50,158 nucleotides of DNA from a candidate division WOR-3 bacterium (GTDB taxonomy: Bacteria; Hydrothermota; Tepidihabitantia; Tepidihabitantales; JAOUPE01), in NCBI GenBank assembly GCA_039801565.1, contig JBDRUX010000004.1, forward strand, positions 1 through 50,158, given 5' to 3'. The translations under genes and the position numbers were made by a program. Shown here in pieces: positions 27,982 to 38,006 of the stretch (positions within the stretch are counted from its first letter, which is position 1; every line of letters begins with the position of its first letter). The notes beneath the pieces were generated by a model that saw nothing but the letters and a program-made list of their open reading frames with translations, made no database searches and was not told the origin of the DNA.

Positions 27982-29378
27982 CCAATCTTTTTATCCTTAA
28001 TTATCCAAAACCCAATAATACTGAGAATGATAACAAAAGCACCGATACCAAATAACAGACTTCGTTTTGGAATAAAAATTGTCAACTGACCAATTAAAAA
28101 AGCAGCGAAGGCAAAGCTGAGATGTAAAATCCATTCCCGGGTTGAGAATATTCGACCACGCGCTGCTTCGGGAACATTCTCATGGAGCAATGTATCCGAT
28201 GCAATCAGAATTGGCGAAAGGAGTAGTCCAGCAATGAATGCTAAAGGAACGACAAAAATAAAAGTTTTTAAGAGTGCTAAAAGGCAGGCAGTAATTCCTA
28301 AGATAAAAAAACTGACGAGAATCACCTGCCATTTCTTCAGCCGATGACCAGTTATACCGTAAATCATCGAACTGAGCATAAGTCCAATTGAGCCAATTGC
28401 CCCAATGAACCCAACGCCTTTGGTCCCTAAGCCTAAGCCCAATTCAGTTCGGGCTTGTTGAATTATTGGAACGAAAAGGACAAATACCGCGGCGCCTAAG
28501 ATGACCAGTAAGAAGATTGAGGCATAGACAAATAATACTGGGGGTAATTGTCGGATAACATAATAAGCCTGTTTGATATCCGAGATGGTACTTTTAATTG
28601 CCTTTATCAACTCCGAATCGGCTGGCTGGGAGGTGGCAGTGTTTTGAATTTTGAATTCCGAATCTTTTTTTTCAAAAGCCGACCCGCTGGGATTGGGAGC
28701 GGAATTAGGAGTTCTTTTGTGAGTGAGTTCGCGTGCGATGGTAATCAATGCAATTACTGAGACCCAATAGGTTAAGGAGTCGAGATAGAATCCCGCGCTC
28801 CAAGGATGCTGGATGCCGATCTTGCGCCAGATTTGCCAATCCACTAATATCCCACCGATGAGCATCCCAAGAAAAGTTGAAACCCGACCAATGAGATTGA
28901 TAAAAGAATTGGCGGCCAGAAGGCGTCGGGGCGAAACTAAATTAGGAATAACCGAAAGCCGACCGGTATTGAAAAATAAGCCAAAGAGAAATACGAAAAA
29001 GGCAATTGCGTAAACCAAAAACAAATTACCGGTTTGAAGAATTAATAAAGGGATTAAAGCCACCAATAAGGCTCGGGCGCTATCGCAAATAATCATCATT
29101 TTGACCCGATTCCAGCGGTCAACCAATACTCCTGCCAGCGGACCAAAGAGAATCGTTGGTAAAGTGATAATTACCGAAAGAAAGGATATGGCACGGGCTT
29201 GCTCCCAATGATAAAGTTTAGCAAAATAGGCAATCATCGCTAATAGCGCCATATAATCTAATTTATCACCAAATAAAGAAACCGCTTGCGAGATAGCGAA
29301 AATCATAAACTTACGAATCCGCAAAACCGAAAGGAATTGACTGGTCGGTCTCGGAATTATCGGTGCCGAGTCAGACAA
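27978..29378 (-). CDS. MFS transporter (H+ antiporter/EntS-like)
   Basis: SQAVSLFGD and GPLAGVLVDRWNR motif A; about 12 TM segments. Confidence 0.88.
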   Translation of the reverse strand: MSDSAPIIPRPTSQFLSVLRIRKFMIFAISQAVSLFGDKLDYMALLAMIAYFAKLYHWEQARAISFLSVIITLPTILFGPLAGVLVDRWNRVKMMIICDSARALLVALIPLLILQTGNLFLVYAIAFFVFLFGLFFNTGRLSVIPNLVSPRRLLAANSFINLIGRVSTFLGMLIGGILVDWQIWRKIGIQHPWSAGFYLDSLTYWVSVIALITIARELTHKRTPNSAPNPSGSAFEKKDSEFKIQNTATSQPADSELIKAIKSTISDIKQAYYVIRQLPPVLFVYASIFLLVILGAAVFVLFVPIIQQARTELGLGLGTKGVGFIGAIGSIGLMLSSMIYGITGHRLKKWQVILVSFFILGITACLLALLKTFIFVVPLAFIAGLLLSPILIASDTLLHENVPEAARGRIFSTREWILHLSFAFAAFLIGQLTIFIPKRSLLFGIGAFVIILSIIGFWIIKDKKIG

Positions 29379-29416
29379 AACCGTTAACCTTTCTTAGAAG
29401 AATTTGCCACAGGGGC

Positions 29417-30628
29417 TCAAAGACCAAAAACTTCTTTCTTCTCGTTAACCTCCGTGACTGTGGCGGAAGAATCTTTTGAAGATTGGAAGGAGTATCGGCG
29501 TTTTGCAATTAGTTGTTTGTAATAACTCTCCACCTTAAGCGCAATATTCTGCCAGGAATATGCCAGTGCCTTGGCTCTTCCGGCTTCGCCCAACTTTTTT
29601 GCCAGACTCGGATTGGTGAGGATTTTAATAATCGCTTGGGCAATGGCTTCAGGCTGACGCGGTGGCACAAGATAACCCTGCTTACCATCTTCTAAGATTG
29701 TTCGATAACCGCTGATATCCGAAGCCACCACTGGTTTACCCGTTGCCATTGCTTCTAAGAGAACGATCCCAAAAGACTCAAAGCCAATCGAAGGAGCACA
29801 AAAGACATCACAAGTTGCATAATAATGTGGCTTCTCTTCTTGACTTACCAGTCCCGCAAAGTGAATATTCTCTTCTACTTCCTTCGCAATATATTCCTTA
29901 TAGGAATAGCCTAAAAGTCCAGTGCCAACGACAATTAGTAACACATCCGGAATCGCTTTTTTAATATAAGGCAGCGCTTTTAGTAAATACTTCAATCCTT
30001 TGCGCGGCTCAAACCGACCCAAAAAAAGAATCTTGGGTCTGGCATCAGCGAATTGTGGTAAGACCGAAACACCGGGATGAAACCGATTCACATCAACTGC
30101 ATTAGGGATTACTTGATATTCACCCGGGAAAAAACGCATTTGGGCATCCCGCGCTTGATTGGAAACAGCAATTAAACCGTCCAACTTCCGAAAATAAGGC
30201 ATTAGTAACTGTCGAAAAATTAAATAGCCCTTGCTTTTGGCGTGGTCGGAATGAAAGGTGATAACATTGACCGCTTTGGATTGCCGAATTGCGATAATGG
30301 GCAAGGTCGGTGCTAAGGAACCGTGGATATGAATTATGTCAAATTGCTCTTGGGCAAAGAAACGTTTCACTTTGTTTAGCGGTCGCCAAGCGATAGGTAA
30401 ACGGGCAAACGATTTGTTCGACCGAATCAAAAGACTTTTACCAATCCGATAGACATATTCTTCGTCCGGGCAGGTTTTTAAAGTCTCCAGCGTAGTCCCA
30501 CCAAAATTGGAAGTGAGAACTTTTACTTGGTGCCCCAGTTTTCGTAATTCCTCGGCCAAGTGGTAAATATGTTCCGGAATGCCGCCGATGTAAGGAAAAT
30601 AGACATCCGAAACCATACAAATCTTCAT
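29417..30628 (-). CDS. GT4 glycosyltransferase, PimA-like
   Basis: FLGRFEPRKG and ESFGIVLLEAMA.GKPVVASDI motifs. Confidence 0.9.
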   Translation of the reverse strand: MKICMVSDVYFPYIGGIPEHIYHLAEELRKLGHQVKVLTSNFGGTTLETLKTCPDEEYVYRIGKSLLIRSNKSFARLPIAWRPLNKVKRFFAQEQFDIIHIHGSLAPTLPIIAIRQSKAVNVITFHSDHAKSKGYLIFRQLLMPYFRKLDGLIAVSNQARDAQMRFFPGEYQVIPNAVDVNRFHPGVSVLPQFADARPKILFLGRFEPRKGLKYLLKALPYIKKAIPDVLLIVVGTGLLGYSYKEYIAKEVEENIHFAGLVSQEEKPHYYATCDVFCAPSIGFESFGIVLLEAMATGKPVVASDISGYRTILEDGKQGYLVPPRQPEAIAQAIIKILTNPSLAKKLGEAGRAKALAYSWQNIALKVESYYKQLIAKRRYSFQSSKDSSATVTEVNEKKEVFGL

Positions 30629-30707
30629 CGCCCTTCACCAGTCAAACGATTTGAACCTCTAACATTAAACAATCACTATCTTCCGAGCAACGCAAAACAA
30701 ACTACCT

Positions 30708-31691
30708 TTAGATAATTTGTAGCCAAGTACCGAGTTTCCGCTTTTTCGCAATTTTGTAAACAATATTAGCTGTAGTTAAATCTTGAACGCCTAAGCCCGT
30801 CGAATCGAAAATTGTAATTTCGTCAGGTGCGGTCCTACCTTTTTTCTTGCCGGTTACAATTTCACCGATTTCCGCATAGATGTCATCCTTGCTAATGATA
30901 CCCTTGGCTAAGGGTACATTGATTTCACCGGAATGGCTGGCTTGTTCCCAATCGTCAATAACAATCTTTGACCGTCTCAGCAAAGCCGGTTCTAACTCCT
31001 CTTTACCTGGGGCATCGGCACCCATCGCATTGATATGGGCACCATCTTTCACCCAAGCCGATTTGACAATTGGTTTTCGCACCGGCGTCACGGTACAAAT
31101 AATATCAGCATCGGTTACACAATCTTTGACCGAACCACAAATCTCAAATTTCAATGGCAAATGCTTATGTTTCTTTACGAACCGTTCGCTAATTGAGGAG
31201 ACGATATCGTAGACCTTAACCTTTTCAATAGCGCGGACCATTGTAACTGCTGCAAGTTGAGTTTCGGCTTGGACACCAGCACCAATTAAGGCCAAAACTT
31301 TTGAATCCTCCCGTGCCAAATATTTCGAGGCGATTCCCGAAGCCGCCCCGGTCCGCATTGTGGTAATCCAGGTTCCATCCAAGACACCAAGCGGATAACC
31401 ATTGGCAGGGTCAATAAGCAAGATGGTAGCCATCACACTGGGTAGACGATATTTTTTAGGATTGTTGGGGTGAACATTAACCACCTTGACACCGGAGATA
31501 TCTAAAGAAGGGATGTAAGAAGGCATCACCCGCAAATCGCCATTGTGAGATTCATAATAAAGATACATCTTGGGCGGCATCTGTAAACTCCCTTGCCCCT
31601 TAGCCCGGAATGCCATCTCAACTGCCTTGAGCGTATCCTCCATCGTCAGAATTGATTTAACCTTCTCTTCATTCAAAAATAAGGTCTTCAT
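30708..31691 (-). CDS. Alanine dehydrogenase, archaeal type (ornithine cyclodeaminase/mu-crystallin family)
   Basis: Start ATG 31691 after GGAGGA. QMPPKMYL, GDLRVMP, GVKVVNVHPNNP, RTGAASG, GADAPGKEE and FDSTGL motifs. Confidence 0.85.
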   Translation of the reverse strand: MKTLFLNEEKVKSILTMEDTLKAVEMAFRAKGQGSLQMPPKMYLYYESHNGDLRVMPSYIPSLDISGVKVVNVHPNNPKKYRLPSVMATILLIDPANGYPLGVLDGTWITTMRTGAASGIASKYLAREDSKVLALIGAGVQAETQLAAVTMVRAIEKVKVYDIVSSISERFVKKHKHLPLKFEICGSVKDCVTDADIICTVTPVRKPIVKSAWVKDGAHINAMGADAPGKEELEPALLRRSKIVIDDWEQASHSGEINVPLAKGIISKDDIYAEIGEIVTGKKKGRTAPDEITIFDSTGLGVQDLTTANIVYKIAKKRKLGTWLQII

Positions 31692-31702
31692 TATTCCTCC
31701 TT

Positions 31703-32977
31703 TTAGGTAAAAAATGGTTGAAGGTCCTTTTCTTGGAGTGGACCAACACAACTTATAAAAAACCGATTGTCCGGCAATACCATTTCAATTAAATCGTTAA
31801 CTTCGTCTAAGGTGAGACGATTGTAAGCCGAAAGTGTCTCGTCAACGGTAATGATTCGACCTAATAATAGTTCATTTTTTGCTAAGCGCATCATTCGACT
31901 GGTAGGATTTTCTAAACCTAAAAGAATTGAACTCTTGGTAAGATTACATGCCGTTTCAAATTCATTACGACTAAACTTTTCTTTTTGCAACTTGGTTATT
32001 TCTTCTAATACCGTGGCGATTACTTTTACCAGTTTCGAATAATCGGTGACAAAATAAACCGCCAAGATTCCCGAATCAAAGAATAAGTCAACGAACGAGG
32101 CAATCGTATAGACCAACCCCTCTTCCTCGCGTAATCTTTGGAATAATCTCGACGACAATCCACCACCCAATGCGGTATTGAGGACCGATAGGGCATAACG
32201 CCGTTCATCTTGAAAGGAAAAGACCGGTTTCGCCATAGCCACATAAACCTGGGTCAATTCCTTTCTGGTCTCGATCTTATAGGTTGGGGTTTTGGGTAAT
32301 GGCGCCTGCCGCGAATTGGCTGAATTCGAAGCAATTAATCCCCTCAAAGCCGACTCCATCGTTTCACATAATTCGTTATGTTTCACTTCTCCCACCCCAA
32401 CCACAACTTTACTGCCTTTTTTGTAATTCTGTTCGTAAAAGGAATGGAGCGTTGCCGATTCAAAATTTTTTAAAGTTTCAATCGTTCCGGTTACAGTATT
32501 TCCTAACGGATGCGGTTCATACAGACAGGCGAAGAGTAAATTCAACATTTGGTCTTCAGGGTCTTCTTGGGCAGATTTTATCTCTTCGCTAATCACCATC
32601 TTTTCTTTTACCAAATCTTCAGCGGAAAATAAAGGTGATGATATGATCTCACAGATGAGGTCAGTAATCGGCAAGAAATTTTCCGAAAGGAAACGGGCAT
32701 AAATGCCACTGCTCTCTTTAGCAGTAAAGCCATCCAGGATCGTTCCTTTCGATTCCGCAAAAATTGAAATATCTTTCGCAGTTCGCTTGGTTGTTCCTTT
32801 AAAGAGCATATGCTCAGTGAGATGGGAGAGACCTTGCTCTTGCGCCTTTTCGTCGCGTGAACCATGGTTAAAAAAGATACCCAAAGCAACCGAATGGAGA
32901 TAGGGTAAAGTTTCCGTAATAATTCGTATACCATTAGTAAGAACAGTCTTTTCGGGTTTTATTCTATCTTGGGTCAT
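31703..32977 (-). CDS. M16 family zinc peptidase
   Basis: GSRDE..GLSHLTEHMLFKGT (HxxEH) and SSRLFQRLREEEGLVY; follows pnp. Confidence 0.93.
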   Translation of the reverse strand: MTQDRIKPEKTVLTNGIRIITETLPYLHSVALGIFFNHGSRDEKAQEQGLSHLTEHMLFKGTTKRTAKDISIFAESKGTILDGFTAKESSGIYARFLSENFLPITDLICEIISSPLFSAEDLVKEKMVISEEIKSAQEDPEDQMLNLLFACLYEPHPLGNTVTGTIETLKNFESATLHSFYEQNYKKGSKVVVGVGEVKHNELCETMESALRGLIASNSANSRQAPLPKTPTYKIETRKELTQVYVAMAKPVFSFQDERRYALSVLNTALGGGLSSRLFQRLREEEGLVYTIASFVDLFFDSGILAVYFVTDYSKLVKVIATVLEEITKLQKEKFSRNEFETACNLTKSSILLGLENPTSRMMRLAKNELLLGRIITVDETLSAYNRLTLDEVNDLIEMVLPDNRFFISCVGPLQEKDLQPFFT

Positions 32978-35094
32978 TAACCTCTGGGCGATTTGCGGGG
33001 CGGCAGCTCGGATTTCTCATCAATGATCCGGGTCAGGTTAACTCTACCTAATTCATCAATGCCGATGCATTTCACTTTAATCTCATCACCAACTCTTACG
33101 ACATCTTCCACCCGCTTTACTCGAAACGGAGCAAGTCTTGAGATATGAACCATACCTTCTTTGCCCGGCAGGACTTCAACAAACGCGCCAAACTTTGTAA
33201 TCCGACGTACTACGCCCTTATATACCTTACCAACCTCAACTTCTTGCGCGATACTTAAGATCCGAGTCTTCCCGGCTTCTAAGGCTTGAGTGGAAGGTGC
33301 GGCGATGGTTACCGAGCCATCATCTTCGATATCAATTTCCACTCCAGTCTCTTCAATAATTTTTCGTATCACCTTGCCGCCTGGACCAATCACATCACCA
33401 ATCTTATCCACCGGGATCTTAAACATAACGATGCGCGGTGCGTATTGGGAGATTGACTGACGCGGTTTGTCAATCGTTTTTGCCATAATTCCTAAAATCT
33501 GCTGGTAGGCATTGTAGCCCCGTTTCAGGGCTTCGGCTAAAATTGCTAAAGGGACGCCCGGAATCTTTAGGTCAAGTTGCAGACCGGTGATGCCCTGTTT
33601 GGTGCCAGCGACTTTAAAATCCATATCGCCATAATGGTCCTCAGCTCCAATAATATCAGTGAGAATCACATATTTTTCTTGTTCTTTTACTAAACCCATC
33701 GCAATGCCCGCAGCTGGGGCTTTAATCGGTACCCCGGCATCCATTAGGGATAGTGATGCTCCGCAAACGGTTGCCATCGAAGATGAACCATTAGACTCCA
33801 GAATATCGGAGACAACCCGAATCGTATAAGGAAATGTCTCCTCTTTGGGCAAGAGTGGTTCTAAGGAGCGTTCGGCTAATGCCCCATGTCCAATCTCACG
33901 GCGCGAAGGGCCTCGTAATGGTTTCACTTCACCGGTGGCAAAAGGCGGAAAGTTATAATGGAGCATAAAAGACTTGGATTTCTCGATTTCGACATCATCA
34001 ACGATTTGCTCATCGCTCTTGGTGCCAAGGGTAGTAACCGCTAAGCATTGCGTTTGCCCACGAGTGAAAAGGGCTGAGCCGTGCGTTCGAGGTAGCACCC
34101 CAATCGCACAACTAATCGGTCGAATATCGTCAATTCCCCGACCGTCCAAACGTTTGCCCTGTTCAAGAATTCGGCGCCGGGTATCTTCCTGAGCAATGGC
34201 GTCGATCACCTCAACAATTTGTCCACGCGCGTCCGGATACTTTTCTTTCAATTCCTCCACAGTTTTTTCGACGATATCCCAAAGCGTATCCTGACGTTCT
34301 TCCTTATCCGTTATATTATTGGCCGAAATGATTGCGGCAGTGGTTCGGTCCCGCACCTCGGTTTCTAAATCTTTCGGGACTAACTCCTCGGGAACAATCA
34401 GTTTTGGCTTCCCGGCCAAGCGCTGTAACTCCTCTTGCATTTCGATAATCCGAACGATTTCGGGTTGTGCCAAAGTCAATGCCTGAACAATTTCATCAAC
34501 ACTTGACTCTTTGCCACCACCCTCCAGCATAACGATTGAATCCTTGGTGCCACAAATCACCAGATTCAACGAAGCCCGTTCTAAATCGTTAAGCAATGGG
34601 TTGATGACAAATTCGCCATCAATCTTACCGACTCGAACTGCACCAATTGGTCCTAAAAAGGGAATTTCGGATATAGCCAGGGCGGCCGAAGCTCCTATGA
34701 TACCTAAGATATCGCTTTCGTTCTCTAAATCGGCTGAGAGTAAAAAACTGGTGATTTGAGTATCGTTGCGAAAGTTTTTGGGGAAAAATGGTCGCAGCGG
34801 TCGGTCAATTAAGCGGGAAGTGAGAATTTCTTTGTCCCGGGGCTTACCTTCCCGTTTAAAGAAACCGCCGGGGATTTTACCCGCAGCATAGGCTAACTCT
34901 CGATAGTCAACGATTAAAGGAAAGAAATCTTGGTATTCGTGGGCTTGTTTTGTGCAGACAACACTCGACAATACTACGGTGTCGCCATAGCGAACCAAAA
35001 CTCCACCCGAAGCCTGACGCGCCACAAGGCCAGTTTCTAAACTCAAAATTCGGCCACTAACATTTAACTCGACCCGATGCATTAATAAACTCAC
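32977..35094 (-). CDS. pnp: Polyribonucleotide nucleotidyltransferase
   Basis: AAGKIPGGFFKREG, RLIDRPLRP, HGSALFTRGQTQ, SNGSSSMA and DMDFKVAG motifs plus KH and S1 domains. The start may be ATG 35082. Confidence 0.98.
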   Translation of the reverse strand: MSLLMHRVELNVSGRILSLETGLVARQASGGVLVRYGDTVVLSSVVCTKQAHEYQDFFPLIVDYRELAYAAGKIPGGFFKREGKPRDKEILTSRLIDRPLRPFFPKNFRNDTQITSFLLSADLENESDILGIIGASAALAISEIPFLGPIGAVRVGKIDGEFVINPLLNDLERASLNLVICGTKDSIVMLEGGGKESSVDEIVQALTLAQPEIVRIIEMQEELQRLAGKPKLIVPEELVPKDLETEVRDRTTAAIISANNITDKEERQDTLWDIVEKTVEELKEKYPDARGQIVEVIDAIAQEDTRRRILEQGKRLDGRGIDDIRPISCAIGVLPRTHGSALFTRGQTQCLAVTTLGTKSDEQIVDDVEIEKSKSFMLHYNFPPFATGEVKPLRGPSRREIGHGALAERSLEPLLPKEETFPYTIRVVSDILESNGSSSMATVCGASLSLMDAGVPIKAPAAGIAMGLVKEQEKYVILTDIIGAEDHYGDMDFKVAGTKQGITGLQLDLKIPGVPLAILAEALKRGYNAYQQILGIMAKTIDKPRQSISQYAPRIVMFKIPVDKIGDVIGPGGKVIRKIIEETGVEIDIEDDGSVTIAAPSTQALEAGKTRILSIAQEVEVGKVYKGVVRRITKFGAFVEVLPGKEGMVHISRLAPFRVKRVEDVVRVGDEIKVKCIGIDELGRVNLTRIIDEKSELPPRKSPRG

Positions 35095-35149
35095 TTCCGA
35101 AGGGTACTACTTGCCACTTGCTTTTTTCTCAGTTGACGATTTCGCTCAA

Positions 35150-35419
35150 TTATGGTTTTAACTTTAGTTTCTCAACGATTTGCATATAACGTTCCTTATG
35201 ATGCGTTAAAAGGTAATTCAAGTGTCGTCGCCGTTCGTTAACCAATTTGATAAGACCGCGTCGGGAATGTTTATCTTTCTTATGCACTTTAAGGTGTTCG
35301 GTCAACTGATTGATTCGCTCGGTCAGAATTGCAATCTGAACTTCGGGCGAGCCGGTATCAGTTTTATGGAGTTTGACCATATCAATTAATTTTGTTTTTT
35401 TCTCTTTCGTTAATGCCAT
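35150..35419 (-). CDS. rpsO: 30S ribosomal protein S15
   Basis: [27 protein letters not shown]. Confidence 0.98.
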   Translation of the reverse strand: MALTKEKKTKLIDMVKLHKTDTGSPEVQIAILTERINQLTEHLKVHKKDKHSRRGLIKLVNERRRHLNYLLTHHKERYMQIVEKLKLKP

Positions 35420-35438
35420 ATTCTATCCTCCAATCCTT

Positions 35439-35467
35439 AATCTAAACCAAATTTTTCGTTTTGTCAA
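35439..35467 (-). promoter_or_regulatory. Putative sigma70 promoter of the rpsO-pnp operon
   Basis: TTGACA-17-TAGATT, followed by a short leader with GGAGGA. Confidence 0.65.
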
Positions 35468-35582
35468 TAATATTTTTTACAGAACAATATCCAGTCTTAT
35501 TAGAAACTTTTGAAAAGCATATTAACCAAAATTGATTGAGAACAAATTAACAATCGTTCTTTAAATGGTCGAAAAATGATTT

Positions 35583-35879
35583 TTAAGCAGAATTGGCAGC
35601 AAACAGGCCCATTTCGTGGCTTTGTTTAAAATCAATTGCATCCAGTTCTCTAAAAAATTCGACCCAAGACGTACCACAAGCCCTTAACTAATTAAGGATT
35701 AAACCTAAAGAAGGATTTTTTATTTTGCCGTTTTCTAAATAAGAGATATAAACCTTACCTGATTTTGCAACGAATCCGAGTCGCTTAGCAATCTCGGCTT
35801 GTGACAGATTTGAACCTTCCCGGACTTTTTTCAAAAGTTCTGCCATCTCTTTAGTAAAAACGAAGTCAATCTTTGCCAT
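35583..35879 (-). pseudogene. XRE-family HTH protein interrupted by an in-frame TAG
   Basis: LKKVREGSNLSQAEIAKRLG..YISYLENGKIKNPSLGLILN*LRACGTSWVEFFRELD. The frame continues past the TAG (35688-35690) to TAA at 35583. Confidence 0.7.
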
Positions 35880-35892
35880 TTGCGCCTATAGT

Positions 35893-35921
35893 GTTATAGT
35901 TAAATATTAACCAAAAATCAA
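35893..35921 (-). promoter_or_regulatory. Putative sigma70 promoter of the XRE-HTH gene
   Basis: TTGATT-17-TATAAC, between array copy 2 and the HTH start. Confidence 0.55.
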
Positions 35922-35979
35922 GGGAAATTTTCTTTTAACTTTTTGATATTTAAATTTTTATATTAAATTTCGCATTGGG

Positions 35980-36207
35980 AGGGGGTACTGTATAGGGGGT
36001 GACCCCGTAGGTAGTCCCCTAACCAGCCCCGTAGGTTGCTTGGGGAGTTGCCTCGGAGGCTGCTTCGGGGGTTGGTTGGTAGGCAGGTTGGGGAGCGACT
36101 TCGTAGGCAACCTCGGAAGCAACCCGGCAGGCAACTTGGGGAGCAACCTGGGAAGTAGCCCGGTAGGTAGCCCCATAGGTCACCTGGAGAGCAACCTCCG
36201 AGGTCAC
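35980..36207 (-). repeat. 12-bp-period array element, copy 2 (19 units, inverted)
   Basis: Minus-strand units gtgacctcggag/gttgctctccag/gtgacctatggg/.../actacctacggg/gtcaccccctat/acagtaccccct, then CCCAA. Confidence 0.9.
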
Positions 36208-36336
36208 CTCATCGTTTGCACTTCTCCCTATAACACCCCCTGGCTAATAGCAACTTACACTATGAATACCAGGTTTCAATACTAAATATCGCGTCCTGAA
36301 ATCGTACAGAGAATATCAATAAATCAAATGAAAGTC

Positions 36337-36591
36337 CTATTGCAACTTTAACCACCTCAGCATATATCGGGCTCCGAAGAAACCAGCAGCCAAGCCAATC
36401 ACTATAATCACTAAAGCAATAATTCCTAAAATGAAGCCAGCATTAGCATATAAGCGATTTTTTTCCTTCTTCTTACCGATAATCCCGAAAATTACAGCAA
36501 GTACCGATGCGAAGACGGAGCCGGAACCGAGCAAAGGCATTCCCACTAAACTCAATAATCCCAAAATAAAAGACGCAATACTCATAACCAA
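36337..36591 (-). CDS. Small two-TM membrane protein (DUF4190-like)
   Basis: SIASFILGLLS..AVIFGIIG..ANAGFILGIIA; SD AAGGAGG before TTG. Confidence 0.75.
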   Translation of the reverse strand: MVMSIASFILGLLSLVGMPLLGSGSVFASVLAVIFGIIGKKKEKNRLYANAGFILGIIALVIIVIGLAAGFFGARYMLRWLKLQ

Positions 36592-36600
36592 GCCTCCTTT

Positions 36601-36816
36601 TCAATGATGTTGCATCTCTTTAGGGGGCAGTTTCTCTGGTACCCAAACCGGAAGACCATCATGATAGGCAATTGGTGGAATACAAGCACAAAATAATAAT
36701 ATTGCTATTGCCGAAAGCCCGAAAAATAAATTCCAGGAACACTTGTTATCGTTCAATGCAATTTCTAATTCAGTTTTTGAGATAATCTGCCCTAAAATCT
36801 CTTTTACCTGGTTCAT
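36601..36816 (-). CDS. Short hypothetical protein, possibly a truncated lipoprotein
   Basis: ATG 36816 lies 6 nt after TTGACA-17-TATATT. Hydrophobic stretch LLFCAC followed by only about 25 aa. Confidence 0.35.
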   Translation of the reverse strand: MNQVKEILGQIISKTELEIALNDNKCSWNLFFGLSAIAILLFCACIPPIAYHDGLPVWVPEKLPPKEMQHH

Positions 36817-36875
36817 GGAACCAATATATTCAGTCTTAGACGATTTGTCAACAAAAATTCTCGACATAACTTCCG

Positions 36876-37394
36876 TTACTTGTTATTTGATTTATTCAAA
36901 CTCAATTTTTGTTGTATCGCATTAAAATAATTTTGACAACTCTTTTTGACTACCTCGACCGGCATATCTTCAAGAGTTCCCCGCCAACCTTTAACATCAT
37001 CACCATATTGCACTAAACCTTGAATCGCTACCTTGGTTGATTTTTCATTTAATTGCATTAAATTGACGGTCACCCGACGCCGAATATTACTGTAACCGAA
37101 TTGATGCAAGAAGAATGCATCATTCGGTTCTTCAATTCCGACCTTCCAATCGGTCGTTATCGTTCCTTTTTCTAAAGAAACACTTTTAATTTGATAACCG
37201 GCTTCTTCTAAAGAAACGATAGTGGCTCGAAAGACTTTATAAAACGGCGCTTTGAATACCTTGGTCTGGATAGCATCTCTTTGCTGATTAGAAATCAATC
37301 CCATTGTCGTAGTTCTAACACAGGCAAGCAATAGATAAAGTCCAAGAATAAAATAAGTTTTTATTACCGAAATCAGCCTTTTATTACCACGCAA
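36876..37394 (-). CDS. Hypothetical lipoprotein
   Basis: LYLLLA-C lipobox. QTKVF.AP..KVFRA..SLEEAGY.I..GTITTDW pattern of BamC-like helix-grip lipoproteins. Confidence 0.65.
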   Translation of the reverse strand: MRGNKRLISVIKTYFILGLYLLLACVRTTTMGLISNQQRDAIQTKVFKAPFYKVFRATIVSLEEAGYQIKSVSLEKGTITTDWKVGIEEPNDAFFLHQFGYSNIRRRVTVNLMQLNEKSTKVAIQGLVQYGDDVKGWRGTLEDMPVEVVKKSCQNYFNAIQQKLSLNKSNNK

Positions 37395-37420
37395 ATTAAA
37401 AAAGTAATGGATCGTTCGAG

Positions 37421-37980
37421 TTATTTTTGTGGTTCGATACCGAGTCTTTTAATTTTATAACGCAAGACCGTTCTGAGATACCAAGTTCCGCCGCAGCTTT
37501 GGTCTGATTCCAGTCATTATTTTTCAAACTTTCTTCAATCAGCTCCTTTTCAATTTTGTCAATCACTTCGTTCAGTTTGCCTTTGGGTAAGTCTTTAATC
37601 TTCGTTGCCGACAGATTGGGCAGGTCATCCTTTTGAATATACTCTTCTTTACTAAAGACCACGGCTCGTTCAATGATGTTTTCCAATTCCCGAACATTGC
37701 CGGGGAAATTATAGCGCAGTAAATCTTTCATTGCCCCATCGGCCTTCTCGATGTCGCTATCTAAATACCAGCGCGGACAGAGCCAAGCCTCAATCGTCTC
37801 TTTTTCTTTCGTCTGCACCGTCAGCTGAATAACTTCGCCCTGGTTATCAACTGAAGTAATCTCTTGAACCTTGACAACTTGACCGTTTATTTCAGTCTCT
37901 CCGACTGAGGGTTGATTTGCCTGGGCAACCAAGATTCCGATCCCCAGACCGAGTATCGTTAGGTAAGTTAGCGTCTTCAT
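37421..37980 (-). pseudogene. Deletion chimera: secreted protein N-terminus fused to the C-terminus of a sigma54 (NtrC-family) activator
   Basis: Signal peptide and ..LCPRWYLDSD joined to LLRYNFPGNVRELENIIERAV..WNQTKAAAELGISER. A 1-nt frameshift restores VLRYKIKRLGIEPQK* (stop at 37421). Confidence 0.8.
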
Positions 37981-38006
37981 TTTTTCCTCCTTTCGTTAAT
38001 AAATAT

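Noticed and set aside
35688-35690. TAG in the XRE gene as evidence of stop-codon reassignment
   Set aside because: TAG terminates normal genes here (e.g. rarA, metG, the first ABC gene), so a point mutation is more likely.
35958-36285. Three overlapping ORFs over array copy 2 and the Gly-rich ORF 49726-49977 over copy 3
   Set aside because: Several frames are open at once, as expected for such repeats. The ATG of copy 3 is AGG or AGT in the other copies and copy 1 has an internal TAG. A Gly-rich micro-protein is not fully excluded but is unsupported.
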